From contig OY764265.1 in assembly GCA_963668355.1 (NCBI GenBank), positions 864,001-928,000 on the forward strand: 64,000 nt of DNA, in the 5' to 3' direction. Shown here one piece after another: positions 37,348 through 46,860 of this stretch. This DNA is from Bdellovibrionota bacterium. Lineage in GTDB: Bacteria; Bdellovibrionota_G; JALEGL01; DATDPG01. The position numbers were made by a program, and so were the translations under genes. Below the pieces are notes generated by a model that made no database searches, was not told where the DNA came from, and worked only from the letters and a program-made list of their open reading frames with translations. The stretch's first letter is position 1. The number at the start of each line of letters is the position of its first letter.

Positions 37348-37701
37348 ATGAATACGTTTCGAAAGATATTTATGTACGCTCTGATCTTTATCTTGGTTGG
37401 GGCCATTTTTGTGTTCGCGGCTCAAAATTACCAGGAAATCGAAATTGGTTTTTTCCACTGGCGAATCGGTCCTCATCCCTTCGCTCTTTTTATGTTTGTG
37501 GCCTTCGGCCTGGGAATGATTTTAACCGGTTTATTTTCCACACTTGGGGTGATCAAACTTCGAGCCAAGCTCCGAAAAGCCCGAAAAAACAACCAAGTTT
37601 TGGAAAGAGAAATCGATGCACTCCGAAACCAACCGCTCTATGATCATTCCGAAACTCGTCCTTCGGAAGAAAGCACAATTTTAGACCAAGAAAAAAAGTA
37701 A
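37348..37701 (+). CDS. lapA: LapA family (DUF1049) membrane protein
   Basis: TM-FAAQN..IEIGFF-TM then coiled coil ending LRNQPL. Confidence 0.82.
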   Translation: MNTFRKIFMYALIFILVGAIFVFAAQNYQEIEIGFFHWRIGPHPFALFMFVAFGLGMILTGLFSTLGVIKLRAKLRKARKNNQVLEREIDALRNQPLYDHSETRPSEESTILDQEKK

Positions 37702-38810
37702 TGGTTGAATTCGCCCCAGCAACAGAAAACCTTTCGCCTCTTTTTAAAAACAGAGAGGAAATGTCTCCTTCGGCACTGGCGGGAACATCCCGAAAAGATT
37801 TCGAGCACACACTGGAAGACCTGGTGAACATTCTCACGGAGAAAGTCAAAAGGGATCGAGAAGCGATCAGCGATTACATTCTCTTGGGAAGGGTGTATCG
37901 ACTTCAAGGAGACGCAAAAAGAGCCCTGCGTTTGCACCAAAACCTTTTGGCCCATGAAATATCGGATAAGAAATTACAACTCACACTTTATATAGAACTC
38001 GGCCTGGATCTTCTTCACGAAAAAATGGATGACTTTGGTGAGCGCTTTCTACAAAAAGCCCTTTCCCTTGAGAAAAACCATGCAGAAGCCCTTCGAGGTC
38101 TCACTCAAGTATACGAAATCAGAGAAGAGTACGAATCTGCAGCCAAGACACTTTCCAAGCTGCCTCACGCCTCCCCTCAAGAAAAGAAATGGCTCTCGTT
38201 TATCTATGCGCAGTTGGCAAAACAACGCCTGATCCTCGGACATCATGTTCCAGCCCGAAGGGCTGTTGAAGGGGCACTCCGCGCGGACCCAACAAATCCC
38301 TATGCCAAATTGACCCTTTCTGAAATTTACATGGCCACGACCCGATATGACAAAGCCATTCAGCTTCTGACAAATTTTCTAGAAGAATGGCCCACGCACA
38401 GCTTTTTGGCGTTACGAAAATTGGAAGATGCCCACTATCAGAAAGACACGTTTACCGAGCTTGAAGACACGCTTCGAGAAGCCATTCGTCGACAACCAGA
38501 CAACTATTACGTGCTGTTTTCGTTAGCTCGGCATCTATTCAAAAAGAGACGAAAAGAGGAAGCCCAAGAGTTCATTCGCAAGAGCCTGGAGGCTCATCCT
38601 TATTATGTGAATGCCATCAAGGAATGGATTTCTTTAAATGCCGATGAGAGTGTTCAACAAACGCTCAAGCCTTTTCTCACCAACTTCAAACGTTCTCGCC
38701 GATTTGTTTGTCCAAATTGTGAGACTCGTTACAAACTGATCACTTGGCATTGCTCAGCTTGTGGCACTTGGGACGTGTTTCAAATTCGATACGAACTCCC
38801 GGCACCTTAA
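37701..38810 (+). CDS. lapB: LapB-like TPR protein with rubredoxin-type zinc ribbon, lacking the N-terminal TM
   Basis: LGRVYRLQGDAKRALRLHQNLL, ELGLD, TPRs, FVCPNC...WHCSACGTWD. Confidence 0.8.
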   Translation: MVEFAPATENLSPLFKNREEMSPSALAGTSRKDFEHTLEDLVNILTEKVKRDREAISDYILLGRVYRLQGDAKRALRLHQNLLAHEISDKKLQLTLYIELGLDLLHEKMDDFGERFLQKALSLEKNHAEALRGLTQVYEIREEYESAAKTLSKLPHASPQEKKWLSFIYAQLAKQRLILGHHVPARRAVEGALRADPTNPYAKLTLSEIYMATTRYDKAIQLLTNFLEEWPTHSFLALRKLEDAHYQKDTFTELEDTLREAIRRQPDNYYVLFSLARHLFKKRRKEEAQEFIRKSLEAHPYYVNAIKEWISLNADESVQQTLKPFLTNFKRSRRFVCPNCETRYKLITWHCSACGTWDVFQIRYELPAP

Positions 38811-38819
38811 AATAGACTT

Positions 38820-40088
38820 TTGGCCCATCCAAACACCAGACGCACTATCTTAAAGAGCCTTGTTTTTTTCCATCAGAACGGGGAGCTTCCGACATCGCCA
38901 AACATTGCCAACGAACAAGAAAGAAGGTTCTACACGCAATTTCTTAAGGGACTCTTTCGCTACCGAGCCTTTGTGGACCGTTCTCTTCGGGCACACGTTC
39001 GGAAAGGTCTTTCCTCTTTGTCAACGGAGATCCTGAACATCCTCCGCATTGGAGCCTATGACCTGCTCTTCATGCGAACCCCCGACCATGCAGCTGTTTT
39101 TGAAGCGGTTGAGCTTTGCAAAGGAAAGCACAAATATGCCAAAGGTTTGGTCAATGCCGTTTTGAGAAAAGTGGCACAACTTACCCCACCATCCGAAGAA
39201 GAAATGAAATTGGAAGATCTGCTTCCCAATGAATTGGCTGAAAAATGGTGTACCCTGCTTTCCGAAGAAGGCATGAAAGAGGCAACCACATCGCTTTTAC
39301 ATGAGTCGCTCCTTTCCTTGAGAGTCAACACCACTCAAATCACTTCAGAGAACCTTAAGAAAGAGCTGGAAGAAGTCGGGGCTCACGTTCAAGAGTCGCC
39401 TTTTGTTCCAAACTCATTCCTGGTCAAGAATCTTCCCGCCCTGAACTCCCTGCCGGCTTTCCATCGAGGCGATTTCTATATTCAAAACTCATCCAGCCAA
39501 CTGCCTGCCATCATCTTGGATCCAAAACCCGGTGAGACGATATTGGATGCTTGTGCGGCTCCTGGAGGCAAAACGATTCAATTGGCAAATCTAACCCAAA
39601 ACGGGGTGAAGATTATGGCTCTGGACAAAAATCCTGTGAGCCTAAATAAAATGGAAGAAAACCTCACGCGAATGCACACCCAAAACGTTTCTCTTTTGCA
39701 GGAAGATTTCTTGAACTTTTCCGTGAAGGGAGACGAAAAATTTGACCGAATTCTTCTGGACGCACCCTGTTCTGGGTGGGGAGTCCTGCAAGAACACCCG
39801 GAGTGGAGATGGAGTAAGGATATCGAAGCTCCCGATCACCATGCAAAGAATCAACGAGAGATGATCGAGCATGGGCTATCGCTCCTCAAACCTCATGGAT
39901 TCCTGGTCTATTCAGTATGCACTTTTTCAAAAGAAGAGACCTGGAATGTCATCCAGGGATTGAATCGAACAAAAATCCAAAACCTTCTCTTCCCCTCACT
40001 TCACCCGTTTGTTCGAGATGAGGCCATTTATATCACTCCAAATACTCAAAATTTGGATGGCTTTTTTGTCGCAAAAATTCAAATTTAA
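38820..40088 (+). CDS. rsmB: 16S rRNA m5C967 methyltransferase (NusB-like + MTase)
   Basis: ILRIGAYDL, PDHAAVFEAVEL, GLVNAVLR, DACAAPGGKT, LDAPCSG, YSVCT, DGFF. Confidence 0.88.
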   Translation: MAHPNTRRTILKSLVFFHQNGELPTSPNIANEQERRFYTQFLKGLFRYRAFVDRSLRAHVRKGLSSLSTEILNILRIGAYDLLFMRTPDHAAVFEAVELCKGKHKYAKGLVNAVLRKVAQLTPPSEEEMKLEDLLPNELAEKWCTLLSEEGMKEATTSLLHESLLSLRVNTTQITSENLKKELEEVGAHVQESPFVPNSFLVKNLPALNSLPAFHRGDFYIQNSSSQLPAIILDPKPGETILDACAAPGGKTIQLANLTQNGVKIMALDKNPVSLNKMEENLTRMHTQNVSLLQEDFLNFSVKGDEKFDRILLDAPCSGWGVLQEHPEWRWSKDIEAPDHHAKNQREMIEHGLSLLKPHGFLVYSVCTFSKEETWNVIQGLNRTKIQNLLFPSLHPFVRDEAIYITPNTQNLDGFFVAKIQI

Positions 40089-40669
40089 GCTTTCTTCTTT
40101 GGATTGAACTGAGAATAGAATCTTAGATTCACAAAATTAACCACGAAATGAGCCGCGGTGGGCAAGAGAAGATTCCCACGCCACTCGTAAGCCAAACCGA
40201 ATAAAAACCCTACGATCACGGCAAAAATTGTCCACGGCGCATATTTTCTTCCCGGCCCCACATGCAACAAGCCAAAGAGCAATGAAGCAGGAATTAGCCC
40301 CAGTACAGCTTGGGCCACCCCCCTAAAAAAGAATTCTTCACCCAAGGCCGAAAACGCCGCGATGAAAAACACCTCAGACCCGTTCAAAGGACCCAACATT
40401 TTATAAAATTCATGACTTAAGTTTTTTAGTTTCTTCGAACGCTTTACGGCCAACCAAGTAATTCCCACAACGGCTAAACCCAAAAGGATCCCGACAAGCA
40501 AATCCAAAACCATGACCTGAGCGAATTTTTCGTCGGGAAGCGGAAACTGAAAATAGCGATATTTCTGGTGCAACGAGGTTGCGATGAAAAACAGGAAAAA
40601 ATAAAACACCCCAACCGCGATCACGTTGATACGCTTCTTATTTACATTTTTTCTTCGAGGTCTTCCCAT
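40085..40669 (-). CDS. CPBP/Abi (CAAX protease-like) intramembrane metalloprotease
   Basis: EEFFFRG, FGLLH, AHFVVN. Confidence 0.88.
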   Translation of the reverse strand: MGRPRRKNVNKKRINVIAVGVFYFFLFFIATSLHQKYRYFQFPLPDEKFAQVMVLDLLVGILLGLAVVGITWLAVKRSKKLKNLSHEFYKMLGPLNGSEVFFIAAFSALGEEFFFRGVAQAVLGLIPASLLFGLLHVGPGRKYAPWTIFAVIVGFLFGLAYEWRGNLLLPTAAHFVVNFVNLRFYSQFNPKKKA

Positions 40670-41979
40670 AAACGACAAACATCACTTTCTGATCGAAGTC
40701 TTTGATTCCATGCATCCCGAATTCTGTCACGTCCTTTTTTGGAATTTCTCCAAACATCGTGAAGCTTCGCACCCAATCGATATCCCGCTTCATGAACTTC
40801 CTCCCAAGAAGTGGCGAAAGGAGCTGTTGTCTCCGGGACTGGCCTTCCCGGATCGATCCACCGGCTTCCCAAAAAAGCAAAAGCCTCTTCCAAAGCGGTT
40901 CGAAGCGGACTAAATCCATCTGTGGAAACATTCACAAGCCTCATATAGTGCGCCGCTTCTTCCGCAATATGTCCTTCCTCCAAGGTTGACAAAAGAACCG
41001 TTCGGTTGGAAGGAACGACGGCACACTCATTGCTCAAAACGCGCTGCAAAAGAAATTTTCGAATATTCGGCTTCACCCGCGCATCCCGAAGAAAGGAAAG
41101 CGTATTTAATTCGTAGGGATTTAGAATTTTAGCTTTCGGGAAAGACCGTTGGCTCCCAATTTTCTTTTGGATTTTCTGAATGCATTTGTAAAAAAACGCT
41201 TCCACATGTTCTGGAAGAACGAGGTTTGTAGATCTGTTTTCCCAAGCCCTTCGCAGTTCGAGACTCAGCAAAGGTGAACCTCCTACATACACAAATTCGT
41301 TTTCTCTTGAACGAGCCCAGCGCCCCACATCGTTTGAGGTCCAACGTATTTGTGAAACCCCAAACAACAACGAAACATATGCGACGTCCTGTGAGTCTAA
41401 GAAACGGGGAATATGAACGGAGGCCAAACGCAAACTTCCCGTCCACAACACAACCTTCCAACCCCGCTTTAAGTATCGCGCAGCCTCCTGGGCCAAACTC
41501 CGGTCTCGTCGGACCAAAGAAACCCCTTCGGAAGAAACCAAATGGAAAGATAGTTTTTTCTTCTTAATCCAATTGAAGAGAACCTCGACTCCGGCTTCGG
41601 GTGAAAAAGGGCGGGGAGCCTGAATATTGAATTCATCAGCCAATACCGAGTAGGTCGTTTGGTTTTTTAAAAAGCTTTGAATGGACTTTTTCGTTTTTTG
41701 AGGAAATCGATCTGTTAAAAATACAGTTTTCTGCTTTCCACACCATCTTCCAAGGCAAGAAATCGCTTCCTTTTGGTGAAAAGGGTTGAGGCGATCATCT
41801 CCCAACAATACGAGAGATGTGGATGAAAGACTTTTTCGAAGATCTAAAGTGGAAACCGACTTCCCCCTTCTGGGAAGTGAGGCTTGGGCGTTCACTTCAT
41901 ACCTCTCAATTTTTTTGGAGGAAAATTGTTGAGCCCACGCGTTGGCGATTTTCTTTTCTAACCCAAACAGTTCGGTCAT
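40642..41979 (-). CDS. Hypothetical protein, possibly degenerate ChaN-like N-terminus plus EEAAH motif domain
   Basis: 445-aa ORF coupled to both neighbours; LVLLGD, RRDRSLA, HIAEEAAHY..LEEAFAFLGS..IDP.R. Confidence 0.55.
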   Translation of the reverse strand: MTELFGLEKKIANAWAQQFSSKKIERYEVNAQASLPRRGKSVSTLDLRKSLSSTSLVLLGDDRLNPFHQKEAISCLGRWCGKQKTVFLTDRFPQKTKKSIQSFLKNQTTYSVLADEFNIQAPRPFSPEAGVEVLFNWIKKKKLSFHLVSSEGVSLVRRDRSLAQEAARYLKRGWKVVLWTGSLRLASVHIPRFLDSQDVAYVSLLFGVSQIRWTSNDVGRWARSRENEFVYVGGSPLLSLELRRAWENRSTNLVLPEHVEAFFYKCIQKIQKKIGSQRSFPKAKILNPYELNTLSFLRDARVKPNIRKFLLQRVLSNECAVVPSNRTVLLSTLEEGHIAEEAAHYMRLVNVSTDGFSPLRTALEEAFAFLGSRWIDPGRPVPETTAPFATSWEEVHEAGYRLGAKLHDVWRNSKKGRDRIRDAWNQRLRSESDVCRLWEDLEEKM

Positions 41980-42995
41980 GAGGATTCGGTCTTCTGTTGT
42001 TCCTGAACTTTACTGATCAACTCATCCATGGAAATGGAAACCGCAGGAAAGCATAAAAATCCAGCTAACGCCACGTAGAGCACACTGGCCAAGTGGGTAA
42101 AAACCGAAACGGCCAATTGCACAGACTTGACGACCCCATACAGTGCCAACCCCGCTTGTAAAAAGTAGTGATAGGTTCCAACAGATGCCGGAGCTGCGGG
42201 CAACATCATTCCGACCGTCGTTACTCCCAGAACTGTAAAAGAAGATCCCCAGGGCAAACTCAAGTGGAACGCCCGAAAGATCAACCAAAACGAAAAGATC
42301 ATCACGACCCAAACACCGACAGATTCCAACAAAATGAGAAAGAGACTCCTTAGATTGGGGAGAGATCGCAAGCCTTCGATAAAAGCTCCGGCCATCGCCA
42401 CTATTTTTTCTCTCCAAGAAGCAGGCAGGATGGCGGTACTCCAAGTCACAAGCCGAAGGGCTCTCTCTCGCTGAAAGAAGGCAATGAAAAGAAAAACCAG
42501 TGCGGAGAAGAATATTCCGAAAGAGATCCAAGCCATCCCCTGGACACCCATTCGCAACATTTCAGATTCTTGCTGTTCCTTGGATAAGGTAAAAACACCT
42601 ATGCCCAAAATAAGGGCCGTAACCAAACCATCAAAAATGCGTTCGATCACAATCGTAGCAAACCCGGAGGAGAAAGGGACTCCGTGAGAGCGCTTTAACA
42701 AAAAAGGACGCACAGCCTCCCCAAGACGAAGCGGGAATATATGAATGAATAGGAAGCCAACGGCATTGATCATAAAGAGATCCGAGACCCGGATATCTTT
42801 GAGGGGCTTTAAGAACAGCCTCCAGCGACGAGACCGAAAAAGATGAGATATGGCAAAAAGAAATGGCAAGCCGATGAGCGGCTTCCAATTCACAGACCGA
42901 TAGGTCTCAGCCACCTCGTTCCATTTGACCCCTCTCACAGAAAGCCAAACAAACAAGGCTCCGATGAGAAAACTAAAAACGATTTTCTTTTTCAT
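41976..42995 (-). CDS. UPF0104 / lysylphosphatidylglycerol synthase TM (flippase-like) protein
   Basis: RSRRW..L, PLRLGEAVR, TIVIERIFD, PAAPASVGTY; start at MKKKIVF. Confidence 0.88.
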   Translation of the reverse strand: MKKKIVFSFLIGALFVWLSVRGVKWNEVAETYRSVNWKPLIGLPFLFAISHLFRSRRWRLFLKPLKDIRVSDLFMINAVGFLFIHIFPLRLGEAVRPFLLKRSHGVPFSSGFATIVIERIFDGLVTALILGIGVFTLSKEQQESEMLRMGVQGMAWISFGIFFSALVFLFIAFFQRERALRLVTWSTAILPASWREKIVAMAGAFIEGLRSLPNLRSLFLILLESVGVWVVMIFSFWLIFRAFHLSLPWGSSFTVLGVTTVGMMLPAAPASVGTYHYFLQAGLALYGVVKSVQLAVSVFTHLASVLYVALAGFLCFPAVSISMDELISKVQEQQKTESS

Positions 42996-43653
42996 TTTCC
43001 AAGTCTTTTTTAATGGCAGCGACCATCTTTTTTTCCAACAATCTTCTTCTACCAGGGTCCATGGGAAGAACCACCTTGATCTGGCTCTGATGTTCTCCCA
43101 ACGGCAAAATTCGAACGCCCGCATGGGGATCTACAAATCCCGCCTCCCGAAATGAAAATTGTATGATTCCTGCATCCTCTCTCGCCTTTCGAATGACTTC
43201 CGGCTCAGTGTCCGTCGAGGACACAAAGGACTTCAAAACATAACGCAGCGCCGCACGGTAACAATCTTCAGGTTTGGCTTGAAGGGGCTCTCCCCACTTT
43301 CCAGACGTCACTTCGTTAGCCATCTTGAGCAACTTGTGAAGAAAGAGATCCGCTCGACCGGCAAAATCTTTGGGAAGCGTGACCCGCACCTTACTTCGAT
43401 CAGCAGCCGTTCCTATGACTTCCACCAAGGCCTCATCATCTACAAAATCATTTTGTTTCCAACGAAACTTCAACAGACCTGCGGCCTCATTGCTTAAATG
43501 AACGGCTTCAGCATTTTCAAAAACATATTGCAGGGCCACCCGGTACATGATTCCGGCAGGAAGTTGGATTCCATCCTCAACTTCGCTGGCCCATGTTGGT
43601 CGAGAAAGAAATAAAAGCAAAACGATAAAAATGCCTAATCTCAAATAATTCAC
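42973..43653 (-). CDS. Exported hypothetical protein with two tandem ~85-aa domains
   Basis: Signal peptide after GTG 43653; YR.AL.YV...AG..(K/Q)F...FVD..A.V...S..(R/K)V.LP.D occurs twice. Confidence 0.6.
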   Translation of the reverse strand: MNYLRLGIFIVLLLFLSRPTWASEVEDGIQLPAGIMYRVALQYVFENAEAVHLSNEAAGLLKFRWKQNDFVDDEALVEVIGTAADRSKVRVTLPKDFAGRADLFLHKLLKMANEVTSGKWGEPLQAKPEDCYRAALRYVLKSFVSSTDTEPEVIRKAREDAGIIQFSFREAGFVDPHAGVRILPLGEHQSQIKVVLPMDPGRRRLLEKKMVAAIKKDLENEKENRF

Positions 43654-43723
43654 TTTTTTACGGTAGGAAGTTGCCTGAAGGGTGTCAAGTTGAAGCCGCA
43701 AAGGGTATCATCAAGGGTCACAA

Positions 43724-44668
43724 ATGGTGGTTGCGTGCACATCCTGCCAGTCGAAATTTCGCCTGGATCCAAGCAAAATTGGGCCCAAAGGTGCCCGTGT
43801 GCGCTGTCCAAAATGTAAAACCATTTTCCCGGTTTCCCTCCCACCCACGGATCCACCTCAAACCGACGCGCCCGAAGAAGAAAAACCTTCACTGTCGGAC
43901 CCCGTGGAATCCGCCCCCGAAGCACCCAAAGAGGTGGAGGAGAATTTTTCCGGGGCTGAGGATTCCTTTGCAACCAGTTTGGCCGAAGACCCACAGGCCT
44001 CTCCTTCGATTCCTGAACCCACTCAGGATGATGATCCTTGGTCCTCTCTGGTGGAAGACAACTCCGCCCCCACCCCAGACTCTACGCCTTCCGATGGACA
44101 AGCCTTGGGCAAGATTGCTCTCCAAAAAAGCAATCCAGAGACGCTAGCCAAGCCGGAAGAAAAACCCGAGCCCGTGACGCCACCTCCCCCACCCCAAGCC
44201 GTAAAACAAGTGGCCCGGCCTCTGGAAAGTCTGCCATCCCCTCTACGGTTCAAGCTCATCTATGCCCTCCTTCTATGTGTGATTCTGGTGTCCGGTCTGG
44301 CCTTAAGTTTTTCAGCCATGGGTGTTCGACCGACGGCCAAAGAGGTTCTTTTATTATTCAAATACGGAAAACGACGCTTATCGCCTGGGGTACATATTTT
44401 AACTTATAAAACGTCCCTCTCTCCGCTCTCGCCCAAGGATCGTCATTTGTTCGTCTCCGGAGAGCTGTTCAACCAGAATTCCAAGGCCATCCCCAGTCCA
44501 AAAATCAAACTGGAAGTCTTCACTCCTGAAGGAGAATACCAGGCAAGATCGATTTCTCCTTGTTGTGAAAAATCAGAAATCGGACCCGAAAGCATTGTGC
44601 CCTTTTCGATTTCCATGACCCTCTCGAACGCACCGGTTGGCAGCTACAAAGTTTCACTTGAAAAGTAG
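43724..44668 (+). CDS. MJ0042-type zinc finger / DUF3426-like bitopic membrane protein
   Basis: CTSCQSKFRL...VRCPKCKTIF, acidic Pro-rich linker, TM, VSGELFN Ig-like C-terminus. Confidence 0.8.
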   Translation: MVVACTSCQSKFRLDPSKIGPKGARVRCPKCKTIFPVSLPPTDPPQTDAPEEEKPSLSDPVESAPEAPKEVEENFSGAEDSFATSLAEDPQASPSIPEPTQDDDPWSSLVEDNSAPTPDSTPSDGQALGKIALQKSNPETLAKPEEKPEPVTPPPPPQAVKQVARPLESLPSPLRFKLIYALLLCVILVSGLALSFSAMGVRPTAKEVLLLFKYGKRRLSPGVHILTYKTSLSPLSPKDRHLFVSGELFNQNSKAIPSPKIKLEVFTPEGEYQARSISPCCEKSEIGPESIVPFSISMTLSNAPVGSYKVSLEK

Positions 44669-44669
44669 C

Positions 44670-45428
44670 ATGTCCCTACCCACTTCGAATAAAAGGGATT
44701 GGTTTGATGAGCTTCTCCGATCCACTCGAGGCATTTCGGATCGCCCTCAACGGGCCATAAAGATTCTTCATGGCCTCCAACATCGACCTTCAGAGGAAAT
44801 TGCCGCCTTTCTTCGATTTCTCTTCGATGTTTCTCTGAAAAATCCTCAAGCCAAACTGCTCCACATGGATCTCTTGTCCAAGAGAGAGGTGTTTCGAGAA
44901 TTATCTTACGAGCAAATTTCGACCATTTATGAAATTGCCGAAGAGAATTCCTGGACAGATATCCAGGCCCTTTTTCACATGGTTTCCCCTCGATGGTCCG
45001 AAGATGAAATCAAACCCGAAGGATTTGCACAAAAATTGAGCGCCTTGACACTGGGGGAACGAAAGCAACTCAGCCGTCAAATGAAACGATCCAATATTGA
45101 AATGCTGGTCTTTGATGAAGCACATCAAGTCATCGAGGCCCTCTTAACCAACCCAAAATTACGTGAGTCTGATGTCGTTCGACTGGCTTCTCGTCAAGGG
45201 GCCCCGGCAAAAGTGCTGGAAGAGGTCTGCAAATCCAAGCGCTGGAATGGTCATTACCCAGTTCGAAAAGCCCTCGTGTTTAATTCGAGTACACCCTTGG
45301 CATATACCCTGGGCTTTGTTCGACACTTAAACCGATCGGACCTCAAACTTTTGCTGGAAACGGGGGGACATCGTCCGGAATTGACAAAGGCCGCACGGGA
45401 AACCTTGGCGAAGAAAAAAAAGCTATGA
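44670..45428 (+). CDS. Conserved hypothetical helical-repeat protein (LRV/DUF2336-like)
   Basis: LTLGERKQL, VIEALLTNPKL.E.DV, YPVRKALVFN..TP. Confidence 0.65.
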   Translation: MSLPTSNKRDWFDELLRSTRGISDRPQRAIKILHGLQHRPSEEIAAFLRFLFDVSLKNPQAKLLHMDLLSKREVFRELSYEQISTIYEIAEENSWTDIQALFHMVSPRWSEDEIKPEGFAQKLSALTLGERKQLSRQMKRSNIEMLVFDEAHQVIEALLTNPKLRESDVVRLASRQGAPAKVLEEVCKSKRWNGHYPVRKALVFNSSTPLAYTLGFVRHLNRSDLKLLLETGGHRPELTKAARETLAKKKKL

Positions 45429-45614
45429 AGAGGGGGGGGGATCGTCTTTGGGTTTGGGCAACTCTTCATTTGAGTCTGTTCCATTCAACCCTTTGCGAAA
45501 GTCTCGAATGCCTCTTCCCAGGCCCGAAAAAATCTGTGGAATTCGGCTTCCGCCGAACAACACCAACACGATGATCAAAATGATGATTAATTCTGTTGAC
45601 CCAAGGCCCATCAT
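45423..45614 (-). CDS. tatA: Twin-arginine translocase TatA/E
   Basis: MGLGSTELIIILIIVLVLFGGSRIP..GLGRGIRDFRKG. Confidence 0.92.
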   Translation of the reverse strand: MMGLGSTELIIILIIVLVLFGGSRIPQIFSGLGRGIRDFRKGLNGTDSNEELPKPKDDPPPSS

Positions 45615-45729
45615 GACATGGCTATCCTAGCACGCCGAAACCCCTCCAGCAAACCCAAGAACTTCCACAGCTTTTACGGACACTCGCCGCATGTTACCAT
45701 GTCAAATTAGCTGATTTCAGGCCCAGGTA

Positions 45730-46809
45730 ATGAGAGTAAAATTAAAACTGACCGATATTCGAAGCGGACAAGAGTCTTTGTTGTTGGTGACCAACTTAAA
45801 TGCCAAAGGTCTCCTGGTTCAAGCCGCAAAAACCTTGCCCATCGGAAATCGAGTAAAGCTAAACCTGCAATTGGAGGACGGCCAACCCTCTCTAGACCTC
45901 TTGGGGGAAATTCATAAAATTGCCCTGAGAAAAGGCGGAGGAAAAGGAATGATCATTCGTTTTCTTGACCCTCCAAATTCGGCCATTGGACGCATCGCTA
46001 ATTTTTTAACTGAAAAACTGGAATCTTCTCCGGCTGAAACCCAAGAGACTCCCGACCAAGCCCCTTCAGCCAATCGAACCATGATTGTCGATCTAGAAGA
46101 TCCGGCCAATATCCCGCTCCGCCCCCCGCTACCCAAAAAGAAAAAGAAGAAAGAAAAGCCTCTTTCCTCAACGGTGGATGAGGAGGACATGAATGATGTA
46201 GATGATTTATTGGGTGGAGACACTCGAATGTTGGCCCTCAATGAATTCGAATCTTTCTCGAAAAAGAGAAAGCGGCCCCCTTGGATCCGATGGTTTTTAA
46301 TCGGGGGGTTTTCCTTGGTTATGATTCCCCTCCTTCTGTTCTTGGGTGAACGTCTTCAGCTTTTTCGGGCCCGCGTGGTGACAGATGACGAGAACGCCAT
46401 TGTTGCGCCCGAATCCACCCGAATGCCTTCGGAAAACCTTCAATCGAAGGACCCGACTCCCTCCACAGAGCCAGCACGTTCCCTGGCACAAGGAGCTTCC
46501 GGCATAACGGAAGTGGACATCGAAATGTCTCCCAAGCGAGTAGAAATCACGTTGACGGGGACCCAACCCTTTGCGGATCCCCAAATTGAGAAGAAAATGA
46601 GTCCACGAAGACTCATACTCAGATTTCCTACGTTGGATGGATTCACCATCAACAAAGTTGTTCCTGTTAGTAAAAACCCACTTTTACGAATTCGAACGAG
46701 CAAAACAGAGGAAGGTGTCCAGATGATCATGGATCTGTACCCGGTCGCTTTCCCTCGTTTCGAAACGAAAAAACAGGGCACAACATTGACTATTTATTTG
46801 TATCGATAA
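45730..46809 (+). CDS. Degenerate PilZ - TM - periplasmic AMIN-like domain protein
   Basis: NLNAKG..GMIIRF PilZ fold without RxxxR; single TM; SPRRLILRFP, LLRIR, MIMDL AMIN-like motifs. Confidence 0.65.
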   Translation: MRVKLKLTDIRSGQESLLLVTNLNAKGLLVQAAKTLPIGNRVKLNLQLEDGQPSLDLLGEIHKIALRKGGGKGMIIRFLDPPNSAIGRIANFLTEKLESSPAETQETPDQAPSANRTMIVDLEDPANIPLRPPLPKKKKKKEKPLSSTVDEEDMNDVDDLLGGDTRMLALNEFESFSKKRKRPPWIRWFLIGGFSLVMIPLLLFLGERLQLFRARVVTDDENAIVAPESTRMPSENLQSKDPTPSTEPARSLAQGASGITEVDIEMSPKRVEITLTGTQPFADPQIEKKMSPRRLILRFPTLDGFTINKVVPVSKNPLLRIRTSKTEEGVQMIMDLYPVAFPRFETKKQGTTLTIYLYR

Positions 46810-46860
46810 TCGACAACGCTTATTCTTATAAAAAATTTTAATCCGTTTAAGGAGAAACTC

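Noticed and set aside
30191..40088. Two RsmB-like genes as a recent duplication
   Set aside because: Highly diverged, with different N-termini; multiple NOL1/NOP2/Sun paralogs are common
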